From NCBI RefSeq assembly GCF_037042905.1, contig NC_087245.1, positions 27,902,001 to 27,962,000 on the forward strand: DNA of 60,000 nucleotides, written 5' to 3'. Position 1 is the first letter of the stretch; every line of letters starts with the position of its first letter. A model generated the notes under the pieces. It ran no database searches, had not been told where the DNA came from, and saw only the letters and a program-made list of their open reading frames with translations. Of the stretch, positions 26,501-41,500 are shown in pieces. Both the position numbers and the translations under genes were made by a program. Source of the stretch: Lytechinus pictus. Its lineage: Eukaryota.

Positions 26501-29500
26501 CCTATATATTTTAAAGTGAAGAGGATCTGATTTAATTTCAATAATGTCAATCAAACACTGAAACAGTTATTGCAAGACATTATTTCAAACTTGATATCAC
26601 TCCTACATTTAGGAGTGACAATGATCTGGCTATATTTTTGGGGAAAAACCAAGGGTTGTAGGAGTTAATCATCAAATTGCTTGTTTGTCAGTATATTAAT
26701 TGATCCAATAAAATTATCAAATTTGAATTTATTCATGTAGGTCTATATCGTCACTTGGCTATTAAAACCTTGCATAAAAAGATATAACAATTTTGATGGC
26801 AGCTCGGAAGAAGATTTATTTAACAATTTACAGTTATGACATAAATCGCAACCTTGTTATGCCTAGAAAGAGTTCTCTACTGAAATTATGAGACTATTTT
26901 AAAGCAATACGGGTTTCCATTGGCATATTTAAAACACACATCTTTTAAAAGCTTCCCTCAAAATTTGATTTTGAGATACAATGTTTTAACAGCCATATGT
27001 AAGGGATGATCTTAATTGATATGAGGAAATGTGTAATATGTTTCAGAAAAGGAAATGGCAGATTTTCTGTTCTATTTCAGGGGCTGAGGCTGGAGGACCA
27101 GGAACTATCTATAATGATGAACAGATCATCATCAATAATTTGAGGCAGTTGCCTGTGGTATGTGTAACTTTTGATACTTCTGTATGCTTTGCGGAGTGAT
27201 CAATTTGGTCGAAATCTAATTCAAAGGAAAGGTTATTTGTGTTGAAAACTAAAAATAATGCAGGGAAATATTGAAGTCCTTTTGTATGGTTTTCCATGAA
27301 TTTCAGATGGTCAATTTTTAGACAATAACAATTGAGAAATTTAAGAGGATACATAACAGTATAAAGAGGACACAAAACATGAGATAATCATATTGAGTAA
27401 CTTTATTGCGAGAATTACTTGTATATTTATGTTGCATTGTCTTTCTCTTCTGTCTCTCTAATTCTCTTTGTCCTCAGATCTTCCTCCTGTTCTCTTTCTC
27501 ATCAGGCTTTATTAAAAAATACGCCTAGTTTCTGTTTTCTTCTAGAGACGCAAGAGACGTCTCCTTTTGATTTGAATTTGGGGAGATATCAAAAACTCCA
27601 CCCTCCCTTCTAGGGAGCGTGATTCGCGCGCTCTTTAAGTGTTGGCACGCTTAGCATGCATTAATTAGCCCCCCCCCCCCCGTGAAAGTCCAACTTTAAA
27701 TCCACACCTGCACACTGTACTAAATAACTATGGAGCCTGTTTTTCAGTGCTTTATTGACAAACAAGATTAGAGTAATTTGAACATAATTATTCTCTGTTG
27801 CAAAGGAAGCCAGTGTAGTATAAAATTTAAGAGTGGTTGGGAAGGATGATCTCGGGAAACCTGTGAAATTAATTGTGCTGCCAATACAAATTGATTAATT
27901 CAGAGATATGCTTAATATGTACATCTACTACAACTTTCTCCTACATGGATTTCCATAGGCTTACAGCTTCGTTAAATTATGCAATCGATCTTTTACAATA
28001 CATGGCAGACAAAGAAATGTGTTATTGACCATTGGATTAGCTTGTCATTTGTCTGTTTAAGATACTTTATATGCAGATCTATGCATAATTTTGTTTTATT
28101 CATGAGTGACGTTCTCTCTGAGTGAATGATCTTACAAGCAGGACTATAATGTGAAATATCACAGAAGTTTATAAACACCAGTAAATCTAAAACAAAATGG
28201 GCATTTCATTTAATCTTTGTCATATCCTTGTACATGTATCCACAAACTGCATAAGAAAGATAAATACCAGTAGTGGTAGTGACCTCAAAATGAGTTCGAA
28301 CAGAATCCAATAAAAATACCACCTGAGTATTTGTACAGTATGCTGAGAAATAAGCATTATATGCATGGAATTCCATCAAATGTCTGGTACAATGTACTTT
28401 TCCAAGCAATATTAATACACTGTCCACATATGCCTTTCTGTGATAGTGATCATCAGAATTATCCGTTTTCAGCTATTAAAGATTTCATGATTTCACAAAG
28501 ATAAAGTTTACACTAATGTACCTGATGTAGATTAATGATGATATTGTGACCATTAACCTTTATTCAAAAGACTTTCTAATGAAATAATTGTTTGCTGCAA
28601 ATACTTTCTTTGACCTTTAAGATGATATGCTCATATTTTGTAATAAATATACCACCACACATCGCACATGTAGATCATTGCCAATTCAGCATTTTATTTT
28701 CTTCTTAGCTGTCCATCCCGTTTTGATGAAACAGAACAGAGAGCCCCAGAATTATAAAAAAAATCACCTTTGATTTACTGCAATGTTAAAACTTATTCAG
28801 AGTTGCAGAATTTGGCAGTAGGTTGCAAAACGTAGCCCCAATCCAATTAATTACATATGAGATTTATAAATATTCAAGATCACTGAGATAGTTCCAATTA
28901 GTCCATTGCCATGGCAACGGCTTCTCTTTCCCCAGAAAAGAAAAAAATTGATAAAGAAAATTTTGTAGAATCTGATTTATCTTTACTTCCCCCTAATTTT
29001 ACAGTGTTTAACGAAGACATTTTAAGCCATTGCCATGGCAACCAAATGACATCTAATTTAATTCTAAGGCATAGCATTTTTATCTTATTGAGAAAAAGTA
29101 CAAAGAAAGCCGCTCCAAAGCATAGCATTATCTTCTTATCGAGAAAAAAAAGAAGAGAGAAATCCGTTCCAAAGCTTTGCACATATTTCGTTACGCCGTT
29201 CCAGCCGCCTTGATGATCTGCATTTTTGGCAAAAAGCGGCCTGCAGAGCGCTGTCTGACCATGGCCTCTGTGCGAGCGCACCCGGTGCCCATGCCGCCAG
29301 GCTAGCTGCGAGCACGTATGCCCGTTTCATAGGGATGCATACGCACTCACGCGGGTGACCCGTTCCAAGGACCCACATTTTCACAAACATTTGTATACGC
29401 CCGTCTCGACGGGAAGTATGGTATCACGCTCGGTGTCCGTCCGTCCGTTAACTTTTCCTTGTAAACGCGATGACTTCAGTTTAACTTAACCTAGGCTCAT

Positions 29501-32500
29501 ATAATTTGGTATGTATGATACTAGCATGCATCCCAGGAAGCCTATTGATTTTGAGGTCAAAAGATCAAAGGTCAAGTTCACAGTGACGTATTTTCATCGT
29601 ACCCTTCTGCAGTCCTTGTAAACGCGATAACTTCAGTTGAACTTAACCTATATAGGCTCATATAATTTGGTGTGTATGATATTAGCATAGATCCCAGGAA
29701 GCCTATTGATTTTGAGGTCAAAAGGTCAAAGGTCAAGGTCACAGTGACATATTTTAATCGTACCCTTCTGCAGTCCTTTTATACACCATAACTTCAGTTG
29801 AACTTAACCTAGGCTCATATAATTTTGTGTGTATGATACTAGCATAGATCCCAGGAGGCCTATTGATTTTGAGGTCAAAAGGTCAAAGGTCAAGGTCACA
29901 GTGACGTATTTTCATCATACCCTTCTGCAGTCTTTGTAAATGCAATAACTTCCGTTTAACTTAACCTAGGCTCATATAATGTGGTGTGTATGATATTAGC
30001 ATGGATCCCAGGAAGCCTATTGATTTTGAGGTCCAAAGGTCTAGGTCACAGTGACGTATTTTCATCGTACCCTTCTGCAGTCCTTGTAAACGCGGTAACT
30101 TCAGTTTAACTTAACCTAGGCTCATATTATTTGGTGTGTATGATACTAGCATGGATCCCAGGAAGCCTATTGATTTTGAGGTCAAAAGGGTCAAAGGTCA
30201 AGGTCACAGTGACGTATTTTCATCGTAACCTCCTGCAGTCCTTGTATACGTGATAACTTCAGTTTAACTTAACCTTTAGGCTCATATTATTTGGTTTGTA
30301 TGATACTAGCATAGATCTCAGGAATTCTATTGATATTGAGGTCAGACAATCAAAGGTGAAGTCGCCACCTTCCACTTTTCTTGCTTCAACAATATCTCCA
30401 TTTTCCGCTTTACAGGTGGGCGTATTATGTGCTCGCCTTAGCGACACTCTTGTTTATTCTGAAGCTTGTTTCGAGGACCTTTTTACAGTAATCCCGCTCC
30501 AAAGGTCCCGTTTTTGTCTCGCCCACAGCACACACATACCACTTTTGTGGTCGAGTACCCCCACCCCCCCCCCCCCCCCGGGACGTGACATCATCGGGTT
30601 ACACGGGCCTAATTACAACTGGCAGGCAAAAGATATTTACATGTATTCGAGCCAACCCATTCTTTATTTTTGTCTTACCTACATAGCAGAGTGAGACTGT
30701 AGGCGCCGATTTTGCAACGGCGACGGTGGCGTCAACACCAAATCTTATAATAAAGTGGGCTTTGCAAATGACCTTAAAAACTGTATGTTTGGACATCTTT
30801 CAGACTCTATAAGGAACCAAATAAAAGCAGAAGTTGTCAAACATTACCCAAAGATATTTAAACGCTGTTTTTATCAATATCAATAATGTATTTTTTCTTC
30901 AGGTTTTGTAAAAAGTACAAGCAGAAAACCAAATGTCATATTGCTCTCATGTTAACCAATGACTTTCATTTACACAGCTGTACTACCATGAAGAATGCAC
31001 TGAGATCCTGTGGAGTGAATCTGGTAGGTAAAATGCATCCAATTTAAGCATTTATATGGTTTGATACATTCTTTTGTGCAGTTAAGTATGCTGTGATATA
31101 GGCAGAGAGCCATAGTCACTTTGGATAAAATCTGGTTACATCCAAACTATTCAAACACTTCCTTGATTTTTTCCCGAAATGACACTTTCGATATATAACC
31201 AGTATAATGATAACAATGACATTTTACTTGTCCGACATTGATTCCTCAAGGTATGCTAATAACCACAGAAATTACCTTTTTAAGCATTCCTGTTTTTCAA
31301 TAAAGTTCATAATGACCAATGTGTTCCCCCAAAAGTTACAATTTCAATTGTTAATGAAAAGGGTATATTCGACGCGACTAACAAGCATATTGGATATGGT
31401 AGGACACCTACTCTGTTTAATACTGACCACGTAGGAGGACAGGTTCCTTTAAGAACACCTTGGGTATTTAGAACAAAAAGACTTACTTCAATGTGCTTTG
31501 GACATATGCATTGATTCACAGGTGCAGCAGCATGGCTTCCACAGTTGACAGCAGACTCGGTGGTTACGAGCATCATCCTTGAAGCAGGTGCAAATTTGGT
31601 TATAGCGGGAAGGGTCATAGCTGATCGTGTCTCTGGAAGGTTGACCAGCTCTCTGCATCTACCATCCGGAGGCCAACTAACCATCAAGGAACTCTTGGCT
31701 GTTGATACAGTAACCAATCCCGGTTCTACACTTCGCCTTCTTGGGATCAGACCAGCATCAGTCAGTGTATCCCACCATGTTGTTGTGAGGGGAGAGCTGT
31801 TGACTGAAGCCACAACCCAGTTGATTGTAGGTGCTGATGCTTTAGACTCAGATAGTAGTCTGTCCACTTTAGAGTTGTACCCACAATCTGGCATTGAATC
31901 CAATTCTTCATTGCACATTGGTGGCCTGGACATCAAGGGGGATGCTTCTTTCTTCCTTGGTGCCTCTGATGAAACGGATGTTTGCGGATATTCATTGGAC
32001 ATCAATGACCTTAATTCTGGTTATCTTCACATGGAATCCAATTCTAGACTGGTGCTTGCATGCCCTTCAACAATCGTTGCTAATCAGGTGACATTAGCTG
32101 ATGTGACGTTTGACAGCAAGGCTGCAGAATCTGGCTCTTACCAAGTACCTTCTTACATTGAGACCCCTGCACTCAATGTCATAGGAATCACCAATGCTGG
32201 GCTTTTGAATTTATATGCTAGTTTGGCCTATGACATCACTATAGGGATAAATGGTATATTTTGGTTTCAACCAGTGTCTCCTGATTTCACATTCCGTGAG
32301 ATTTCGGTAGAAGGAAGCTTAACTGCCTCTCGACCCCTGCATTTTGATTGCACTATTCTCTCTATAGGAAGTGCTGGAATTGTGCAATGGCATGGTACAG
32401 TGGACTCGGTACTTGAGTGCCACAATGTTCATGTCGATGGATCCCTCTATCCTGGTGATCGAGTTGACTTTGGACGTGGGATCAACACCTTTGAAGTGTC

Positions 32501-35500
32501 CTCAACAGGTACTGTGACCTTCACCCCAACCTTGACACCACTGAAAACAGAAATAGTATCAATTGATGGAGAGGTAAATATTCTTGCACCTCTCTCTATC
32601 ACTCCTTATGATGACGCCTTGGAATATGTCCGACAGCTTCTTGTCGGTCCTAACGGAATCATCCATGCTGACAGGTTGAACATTGGTGCTGAAGGAATCG
32701 GGATGCTAACAGTAAGAGGCACGTTTACATTCACTTCTGACGGAGATTACCCACTTCATGAGACCAATATCTATGGAAGACTTGATTGCAGGAATAGATT
32801 ATCTATCCATGGGATAAGGAATGATTCCTATCTCCAAACCCTTGATGGAAGTCAAGTAACTGTCAACAGTGCAGCAGAAGGGGACCTATCCAATGCTCTG
32901 TATGTTGAATTGAATACTATTTCTATTGATGGAAGTTTACGGGTGATAGGACGAGCTGATGCGGAAGTATACACTTCTTTTACTGTGGATGATAATGGAT
33001 ACTTTTTCATCGATGATCAAAGTAAGGTTTTTATAATATTTTTCTATCATATAGGTAATAAGTTATCTACATCTTTCAGAAACCCAGCTACCTCAAACAC
33101 TTTAGAAATATACAGTGCGTCCCAAAAAAAACTATACACTTTTAAAATGGCTGCTAAATAAAAAAAGATAGCATTTTGGGGTAAAAGACTTACATATATG
33201 GAAAGCCAATAAAGTCAACTTTCAAATGGCACCAGAAAGTTGGAAAACTGTTCGTGCTTGAGCGAGCACTACCCACTGAAACAAAGGGTATGAAAATTAG
33301 GGTGGGCTGGAATTAGCCTTCCAATTTATGTCAGTTTTTAAGAGGCAAATCCTTTCAAACTTGCAAAGTTAAGGGCGTTGTGATAAATTAATGATCAACC
33401 GTGACCAGTTTTGGTTGCTTATGCAAATTTTATAAATTATTAAATTGAACTTTAATGCATGAGTGAACACAAATCACACTTTTTGGGCAGCATTTCAACT
33501 TTGTCATTTGGATCTCTTTTTGGGCAGCATTTCAACTTTATCATGTGGATCTCAGCAATGTGTTCATGGGAGTCGGGAGAATAGGGGGTGAGATAGGACT
33601 TAAGTGGGAGAAGTAGGTTGATGGAATAAGGGTCAACAGAACATTCAGTCCCCGCCCCCTCCCTCTTTCCCGCCCTCCCCTCCTGTTGAGAGACTGATGG
33701 CTATTGCCATGTACACGAGAAGTCCAGAGCGGAATGTTGATTTAATGATTAATTCTGAATTGGGGCATCAACTTTTTCCTATCAATCATTTCATCAACAA
33801 TTTATCAGTAAATCAACTCTTTCAATGTGCAATGTGATCAATCACACATTGCACATTTTTTTTTCAATAAATTATTTCATTGATCATCATAATCATTAAA
33901 TTTCTTGGTAATCATTCAATAAAAAAAGTGACCATCAGCCACCGGTCACTTGGCAGTTAAGTTTTGAATAGGCTACAATCCAGGAAGTGAGACAGAGAGG
34001 GGGGGGGGGGCTGGGAAATGGAGATGGAGAGGGGAGGGTACATTATGACTTTTAATTTGTAAAAGGACAAAAAGAAGAGGGATGCCCTTTTAACCAAGTC
34101 TTAGCATATCTCGCCCTCTTGCTTGTAACAGGTACCATCACATTACTCTGACTCTCACGAACACACTTGTGAGGTCCACAAGATGAATATGCTACACTAA
34201 AATTACAATTCCTGTTCACTCATGCATTAGATTTCAATTTAGTAACTCATGAAATTTGCCTAAGAAACCAAAACTTATCTCGCTCATTAATTTAGCTTAG
34301 CAAGTTCCAAAGGACTAACCACTAAAAAAAAACTAAGGCTAATTCCTGCCCAGCCTAGCCGAGCTTAGTGTCTCAGGAGAGAAGCGGGGGGGGGGGGGTT
34401 GAGATGGAGGGAGGGGTTGCTAAATGTTTTGTTGACCTTTATCCCATCAACGTACTTCACCTACCTAAGTCATATTACCCCCTCTTCTCCTGACTTTCAT
34501 AAACACATTGTTGAGATCCACATGATAAAGACAAAATGCTGCACTAAAAATTGCAATTCACGATCACTCATGCATTAAATTTCAATTTAATAAATTCAAT
34601 TCAATAACGCATTAAATTTTCACAAACAGGAAACTGATCACAACTGATCTTTTATTCACCAAACAACCCTTAACTTTGCAAGTACCAAACAAAAAACCTG
34701 AAAGAAATTTGAAGGCTAATTCCGGCCCACCCTAATTTTCATACCCTTTGTTTCAGTGGGCAGTGTTCACTCAAACATGAATAGTTTTCCAATTTTTTGG
34801 TGTCACTTGAAAGTTGACTTTATTGGCTTTCCATATAAGTCTTTTCCCCCAAAGTGCTATATTTTTTATTTGGCAGCCATTTCAAAAGTGTATAGTTATT
34901 TTTGGGACGCACTGTATAATAATTTTAGCGTATGTTTAGAAAACATTTTCCAGTTGTCAAAACGTCTGGTCTTATGATAATCAAGATTTGTTTGTGAACT
35001 GTTCAATAATAATAATCTAAAGTTGTTGAATTAAAAATGTCATAAAACCATTAGACACAAGGAATATAAATTTGTATTGATAATTTTCAAAAACGTTATT
35101 CAAAATACTTTACCTGGAAAAATTCTGTGATCTTGGGGAAATGTTATCAAACATTAATTACTAGCGGGATAAAACAGAGTTAAGCAGAATGAAAATATAA
35201 GAGAAAAAAAAAGGGCCAAGTTGAGTTAACACTTATATTAAAGTTACATACTTGTTAATACTTGTTAATTATGTTTGTTGAATGTGTTTTATTTGAAATT
35301 TAATGTTTAATTATATATACCGGAATGTGCAATACTCACTCAATGGTTTTTCCATGAGGGCTCGCATGCCGCTGGGCAATAGTACTGAATTTTACTTTTG
35401 CGAGTCTAGCTGGCCCATGGAAAAAAACATTTACTTACTCTTTTCTTCTTTTCTTTCATTTCTACTTATTCATATTTAATCGTTAAATTTCAAATTGTAT

Positions 35501-38500
35501 TTTTGTAATTACATTGTACAATTTTTGTATGTTTTTATGGCCAAATGAATAATAATAATATTTTAAGATCTTGTATTGATTTGCATACATTTATTTCCAA
35601 TTTTGTATTCTTTTTTTCTTGCACCAAATAGGGAACTCTACATTGGAGCCATCAAGCATAGATACTGGTTTACTTACCGTTAATGGTGAGCTGTTTGGAT
35701 CAACTCTGGGTATAACAGTAGAAGAGGATTTCGTTGTAGGTCCATTGGGTGTTCTTTCTGTCAGTGATGGTGGCTATCTCTCTGACAATGGACCTGGTAA
35801 GATTGCTCATTATTCTTGTTATTTTTGCTCTTCTACATCTAATGGGGTGTTGCAAGAAACTTGCGATCAATTGCAAGTCAATTTTTGGTCCCTAAATCAA
35901 TCATATGTCTTGCAGTTAATTGCGAATTAGTGATTGATTGCTAATCTGCTCCTTGAAACAAGAAGTTTAATCTGATTTGCTATAACTAGCATTGATCTAT
36001 CAGTTTTACAATTGCAACAGAATATTTGCAATTGATCGCAAATATTTTCTTGCAACACCCCCTTAGTCTTCTTTATCTTTAGTGTATCCCCGAACAGAGT
36101 TCAGAGGATACTATGGATTTGGCGCCGCGTCCGCCGCCGCAGAGATTTCTTTGTGAGTGCTCTATCAGCTGCATTTCTTCTCCGATCATCTTCAAATTTG
36201 ACATGAAGGTTGAGTATGGCATAGCGAAGCCGCCTATAGATTTTGGTGTGGGCGGAGACATCGTTGCCATGGTAACAAGAGTTTTTGTGGAAATAGCAGA
36301 GATGTCCTTGTGAGCGCTCTACCAGCTGCATTACTTCTCCGATCATCTTCAAATGTAACATGAAGGTCCATTTTGGTAAAGCAAAGCCGCCTATTGATTT
36401 TAGTGTTGGCGGAGACATCATTGCCATGGTAACAAGTTTTTGTGGAAATAGCAGAGATGTCATTTTGAGCGCTCTACCAGCTGCATTTCTTCTCCGATCA
36501 TCTTCAAATGTAACATGAAGGTCCATTATGGTAAAGCAAAGCCGCCTATAGATTTTGGTGTGGGCGGAGACATCGTTGCCACGGTAACAAGAGTTTTTGT
36601 GGAAATAGCAGAGATGACCTTGTGAGCGCTCTACCAGCTGCATTACTTCTCCGATCATCTTCAAATGTGGCACGAAGGTTCATTTTGGTAAAGCTAAGCC
36701 GCCTATTGATTTTAGTGTTGGCGGAGACATCATTGCCATGGTAACGAGTTTTTGTGGAAATAGCAGAGATGTCATTTTGAGCGCTCTACCAGCTGCATTT
36801 CTTCTCCGATCATCTTCAAATGTAACATGAAGGTCCATTATGGTAAAGCAAAGCCGCCTATAGATTTCGGTGTGGGCGGAGACATCGTTGCCATGGTAAC
36901 CATTGTGGAAAATTTGGTAAAACCTGTAACTTCTGCTTTTTTTCCAGTTTGTCATAACAGTTGGCACACAGAAGCATTATTTGAAGGTGAAGCGAAGATG
37001 CCTATCATTTTTGGTGGGGGTCTTAGGGTTAGGTTTACAAAATATATCCAGATTACTCTATAATTGTATTCCCCAACAGGTGATACTGGACAATACTTTA
37101 GGTTCTGCAGAGTCATACTGCTACGTCATATTATTGTCATCAAATTTGGTACCCATGGACAAAATGTGGGCAGGGTAATTGTCGCCATGACAGTTGTATT
37201 TATTTGTCGAATTTCTGTGTGAGCTCTATACAGTGTATATCGCAATGACGGATGACGCAGTGGGTTCGGGGGATACATGTGCTCCGCTGCGCGACCCGCC
37301 AAGCATCTCTAGTTATATTTCTACTTTTTTTTTTCTAATTTCTATTCCCACTGTCTTCTCTTTGCTTTTAGTCATTGCCCTCTTCTCCTCATCTTATCCT
37401 CCTCCTTCTTCATCCTCTTCTTCTTCTCTTTTCCTCCCCCCTCCTTTTTCTTCATCTTGTACTATATGCCTACTCTTTTTGTCATCTTTTGCCATTGTTC
37501 AGATTTTTGAATTTTTGTTGTTGTTCTATGATGTCTCCTTCCTCTTATCATCTTCCTTCTCCTACTCCTTTATTTCTTTTTTCTTTTTTTTATGTCTAGC
37601 TGATAAACAATATTCTGTTGATCATAATGTGTTTTTATGTCATTCCCATATAGCAAACACACACTGCAGCACTCGATTCATTTTGCGAGGTATTTATGTA
37701 CAATTGACACTTTCCACCAGGTAGAGATAACATGAATGCCTGAGCATTGAATCACGATAAATGTGCTAAGCTTGGGTAATGCATAGAAACGTGGTATCAA
37801 GCGCTATATAGATTTTTATATTAATAAATCTGCTTGCCAAAATATTTTTGTTTGCATTGAAGGTGCTGGGACTGCAAGTTCCTCGGGAGCATCTGGGGCG
37901 AGCCATGGTGGACGTGGTGGACACGGACAAGGCGATAGTATCTTAGCTGAGGTTCCCTATGGCAGTATCTACACCCCAGGGATCAGGGGCAGTGGAGGAG
38001 GAAGCGGTACTACCACACCATCTGGAGGACGGGGCGGTGGTTATCTACGTGCTGTGGTACAGAGTACCATCACTGTCAATGGACAGATCTGGGCTAATGG
38101 TCAAAATGCAGAGGTAAATGCATACAAATACATACCTGTAGTAGATGGGTTTTATCAAAGCCCCTGATCAAGGTAGCTTTGCTAAATCTGAGGTGATAAT
38201 ACACCATGCACAGAAACATTTGTATTCAAGTACTGTATGATTGGTACAAATTATTAGTTGTGTTATTATAACTTACTAGCATATAATTAGTAGGATTGAA
38301 AATAATCAAAGAAAATTAAAGTAAGAAAATTTAACATTGACAGGGATCTGCAGCTTCCTGGCTTGCTTAACGAGTGCTTTATAAAAAAAAATGATTTCAA
38401 TTATGTATTCTTCTAATCTTAAATAGGTACATGTACATAACACAAACTTTAAACATGTTTATATTTGTCTGCTGAGACCCCCTTGGTACTATATTTACAG

Positions 38501-41500
38501 TTTTATGAAAGTGGCAATGATAATATGAAAATCTGATCTGATGAAGAATGTTAATTGTTGTTTGCATCATAAGGGATCTCATGCAGGTGGAGGGAGTGGT
38601 GGCTCTGTCTGGGTGTCATGTGATCACTTCCAAGGAACTGGGCGTGTCTACGCAGATGGTGGGAGTGGCCAAGGGAATGGAGGGGGAGGATCAGGAGGGC
38701 GTGTTCTCATCCAGTGCTCAACTCTTACGTTTGAAGATGAGAATATTGGTGCAGCAGGTAAAAATCACTATAAATTTTTTTTTTAAATAAGGGATTTTGA
38801 TTTTATGCACCAAAAAGGAAGGAACAACTCCCAGAGTCCCAGTGAATATGGAATTTTATTGAAGCTCGGAACAGTTTTTACAAATATTTTGGAGTTCCAG
38901 GAGCATGTTGTTTTGTTTGATACGTGTTTGTGAACTACACAAACACAGAGGTAAACATGCATGATAGAAATATCCATTGATAACTTTTATTATTGTTTGT
39001 TAACTTTAGAGGACCCAACTGATATTTATTTCAGTTAGAATGCTTTCAAGATTTTGAATCTATGTGAATGCATTTTTTTCAAAATGCACAGAGATATTAA
39101 CAAACATTATCTCGGTAATTACTACTGCAATAAAATGAGGAAGATATTTTACAGATTGCATTAAGATAATGGTCAGAAATCATTACTTAATTTATGTGAC
39201 ATTTCAATTAAGAGGAATCAGTATTGCTTTAAATTTTTGAAAATTATATCCAGTGATTGTCATTTTGTAGTACCATTGTATACTGTGAGAAGCCATTGTA
39301 TTATATATAACATATATTTTTTTTATACCCATGATAGCTGGACTGAAAATGTATAAGTCTTAGATTGAATGATATCAAAATTATGAACATTGTATCATTT
39401 TTTATATATGGATTTTCAAAATTAATGTTAATACTGTATCATACTTTGCTTTTTTGAAATGTGATGTTGTTTTTAACTTGTAAATTGTCATGCAATTCAA
39501 CTGAGTCTGTGATATGATAAATTATATACTGAGCTAAACTTATTTAGTAAGTATCAGTTTTACTTTTTTTTAAACTGTTTCTTACAATGGGGTTTCAATT
39601 GTCATGCCATTGTCTTGATTCAGTTTTTGTAATTTTATGTCTATTGTGATAAAGGTGGACTAGGCGGGAATGTAGGAGGACCAGGACTGATTTACATAGA
39701 AGCTTTAGAGACAAGGTTACTACGAGTTGAGAACAAATGTAGGATGCCCCAGGTAAGACTGACCAGGTAGCCGTTTCATAAAGCTGTTCGTAAGTTAAGA
39801 GAGACTTTAAGAACGACTGGTGATCCTTTCTTGTGGTAAATGATGTTCACCCCCGGTGTTCACCATTCTTATTTAGCGTGTAAGTAAGGATCACCAGTCG
39901 TTCTTAAAGTCGCTCTTAACTTACGAACAGCTTTATGAAACACCCACCGGGGCTGTATGGTGTTAGGAGGTGAAATGTTTCAATGTGCCAACATTGATTA
40001 CGAAACTGGTTAAAACCCGTCTCATTATAGCTTTTTAAACTCTCATAACCACTGGCATTTTGACGGGGCAAACCAGAATAAAAAGTAGGGAGAGTAAAAA
40101 ATGGGGCAGGAAAAGGGTGCAATACATTATTATTTCCGGAGTATTTTGGCCAGATCTGCTCCAAAATTAGACTTTCATTTTAACTCGCCTGTTTTACTTT
40201 CTCACAACTTTTTAGGAATTTTGCTAACACACCATGTTTTTCACTCTCACTATCTTTGACTCATTTTGCCACTACTCATGACCATATATCAATTTAGTGT
40301 TTTCATTGAAATTTCCATTGTACTTAGGTGTCAAATATTTATCAGTTATGGAAGTTTAGGCATTATCATCATTTCCGGTTAAAATTTAAGGCTGAGGTAG
40401 TATAGTCTAATGCTAATGCTACACACTAGTGTACCTTGAATGTTCCTTTGTATTAGGGCTTCTGGAATTTATCGGTTATCATCATTTCCAGTTAGGTTGA
40501 AGGTTGCCTAATACTTGTGCAGAATGCTTTACAGTAGTGTACGTGTACCTTGAATGTTCCATTGTTGTGGGGCTTCTTAAATCTATCAGTTATGGGGGTC
40601 GATTCATTGTCGTCATTTCCGGTTAGGTTGAAGGTTGCCTAATAATAACACAGAATGCTTGGCAGTAGGGTATTTCTAAAACATCACCAATAGAAGGGAA
40701 TATTTTCCTACAATAAAAAAACAAGGAAACAAAAATCCTGACAAAACTATTTGTCAAGGGGATACTTCCCCAACCTGAATCTTCCATTTGTATTGTATGA
40801 CAATTATGAATCAGCACTGCATCCTTTTGGAGAGATGTGTTAATATCTAGTTATCTTGGCATCCTTTATTAAGAACTAAACTGATATCTTTATATGGAAT
40901 TTCATTTCATCTGTAAAAAAAAAAGTAAATTGGAATCAATAATGGTGTTGGGTCATTGAACTTTCATCGGGGTGGGGTCAGAACATATTATTCCAATCAA
41001 CTACACATCTCCTTTGTTAATTCACACATTAGGAGATGTTTGTGTTTTTAGGGGTTCATTGATGCAGGCTGTAAAATCCATTGTATTTAACTTGTTTTTT
41101 ATCAATTTCCATGTTTATTTGAATCATTATATTTTTTCATCTTCTTTGACCAGGTGACTTTCCCTTCATCCTCCATGGACAGAGCGTTAGAGGAGAGCTA
41201 CTACCAGTTTACACTCTCAGGTACACCTGGACCCTGTACTATAAATAGTTGCAATAGATTCACATCAAATTGTGATTGATTTAATGTTGTGTAGTGAAGA
41301 GATCTAGGAGTTTTACATATAGAATTTGAGTTTGATTTGGATGTATCCCAACTCTTTGTAAGACGGGGCCCGGATATACATAAATTTCTATTATGTTTAT
41401 TTTCTTTTAGGAAGTAATTCCTTAAAAAGCTGTGTGCGCTATGAACGCCTAGCTTAGCCGGGTAATATAGGAGCGCCTTGAGCACCTAACAAGGTGGATA

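Noticed and set aside
29391..30454. Regular repeats resembling a CRISPR array (also 18076-19055 and 36141-36900)
   Set aside because: Whole units repeat with no unique spacers, no cas genes, eukaryotic context
31307..32005. 232-aa minus-strand ORF, and similar antisense ORFs at 54-59 kb
   Set aside because: Shadows of the + strand coding exons
36101..36967. Repetitive 190-aa and 95-aa ORFs
   Set aside because: Translations of the satellite array
37194..37724. 176-aa hydrophobic ORF
   Set aside because: Derived from a pyrimidine-rich low-complexity intron tract
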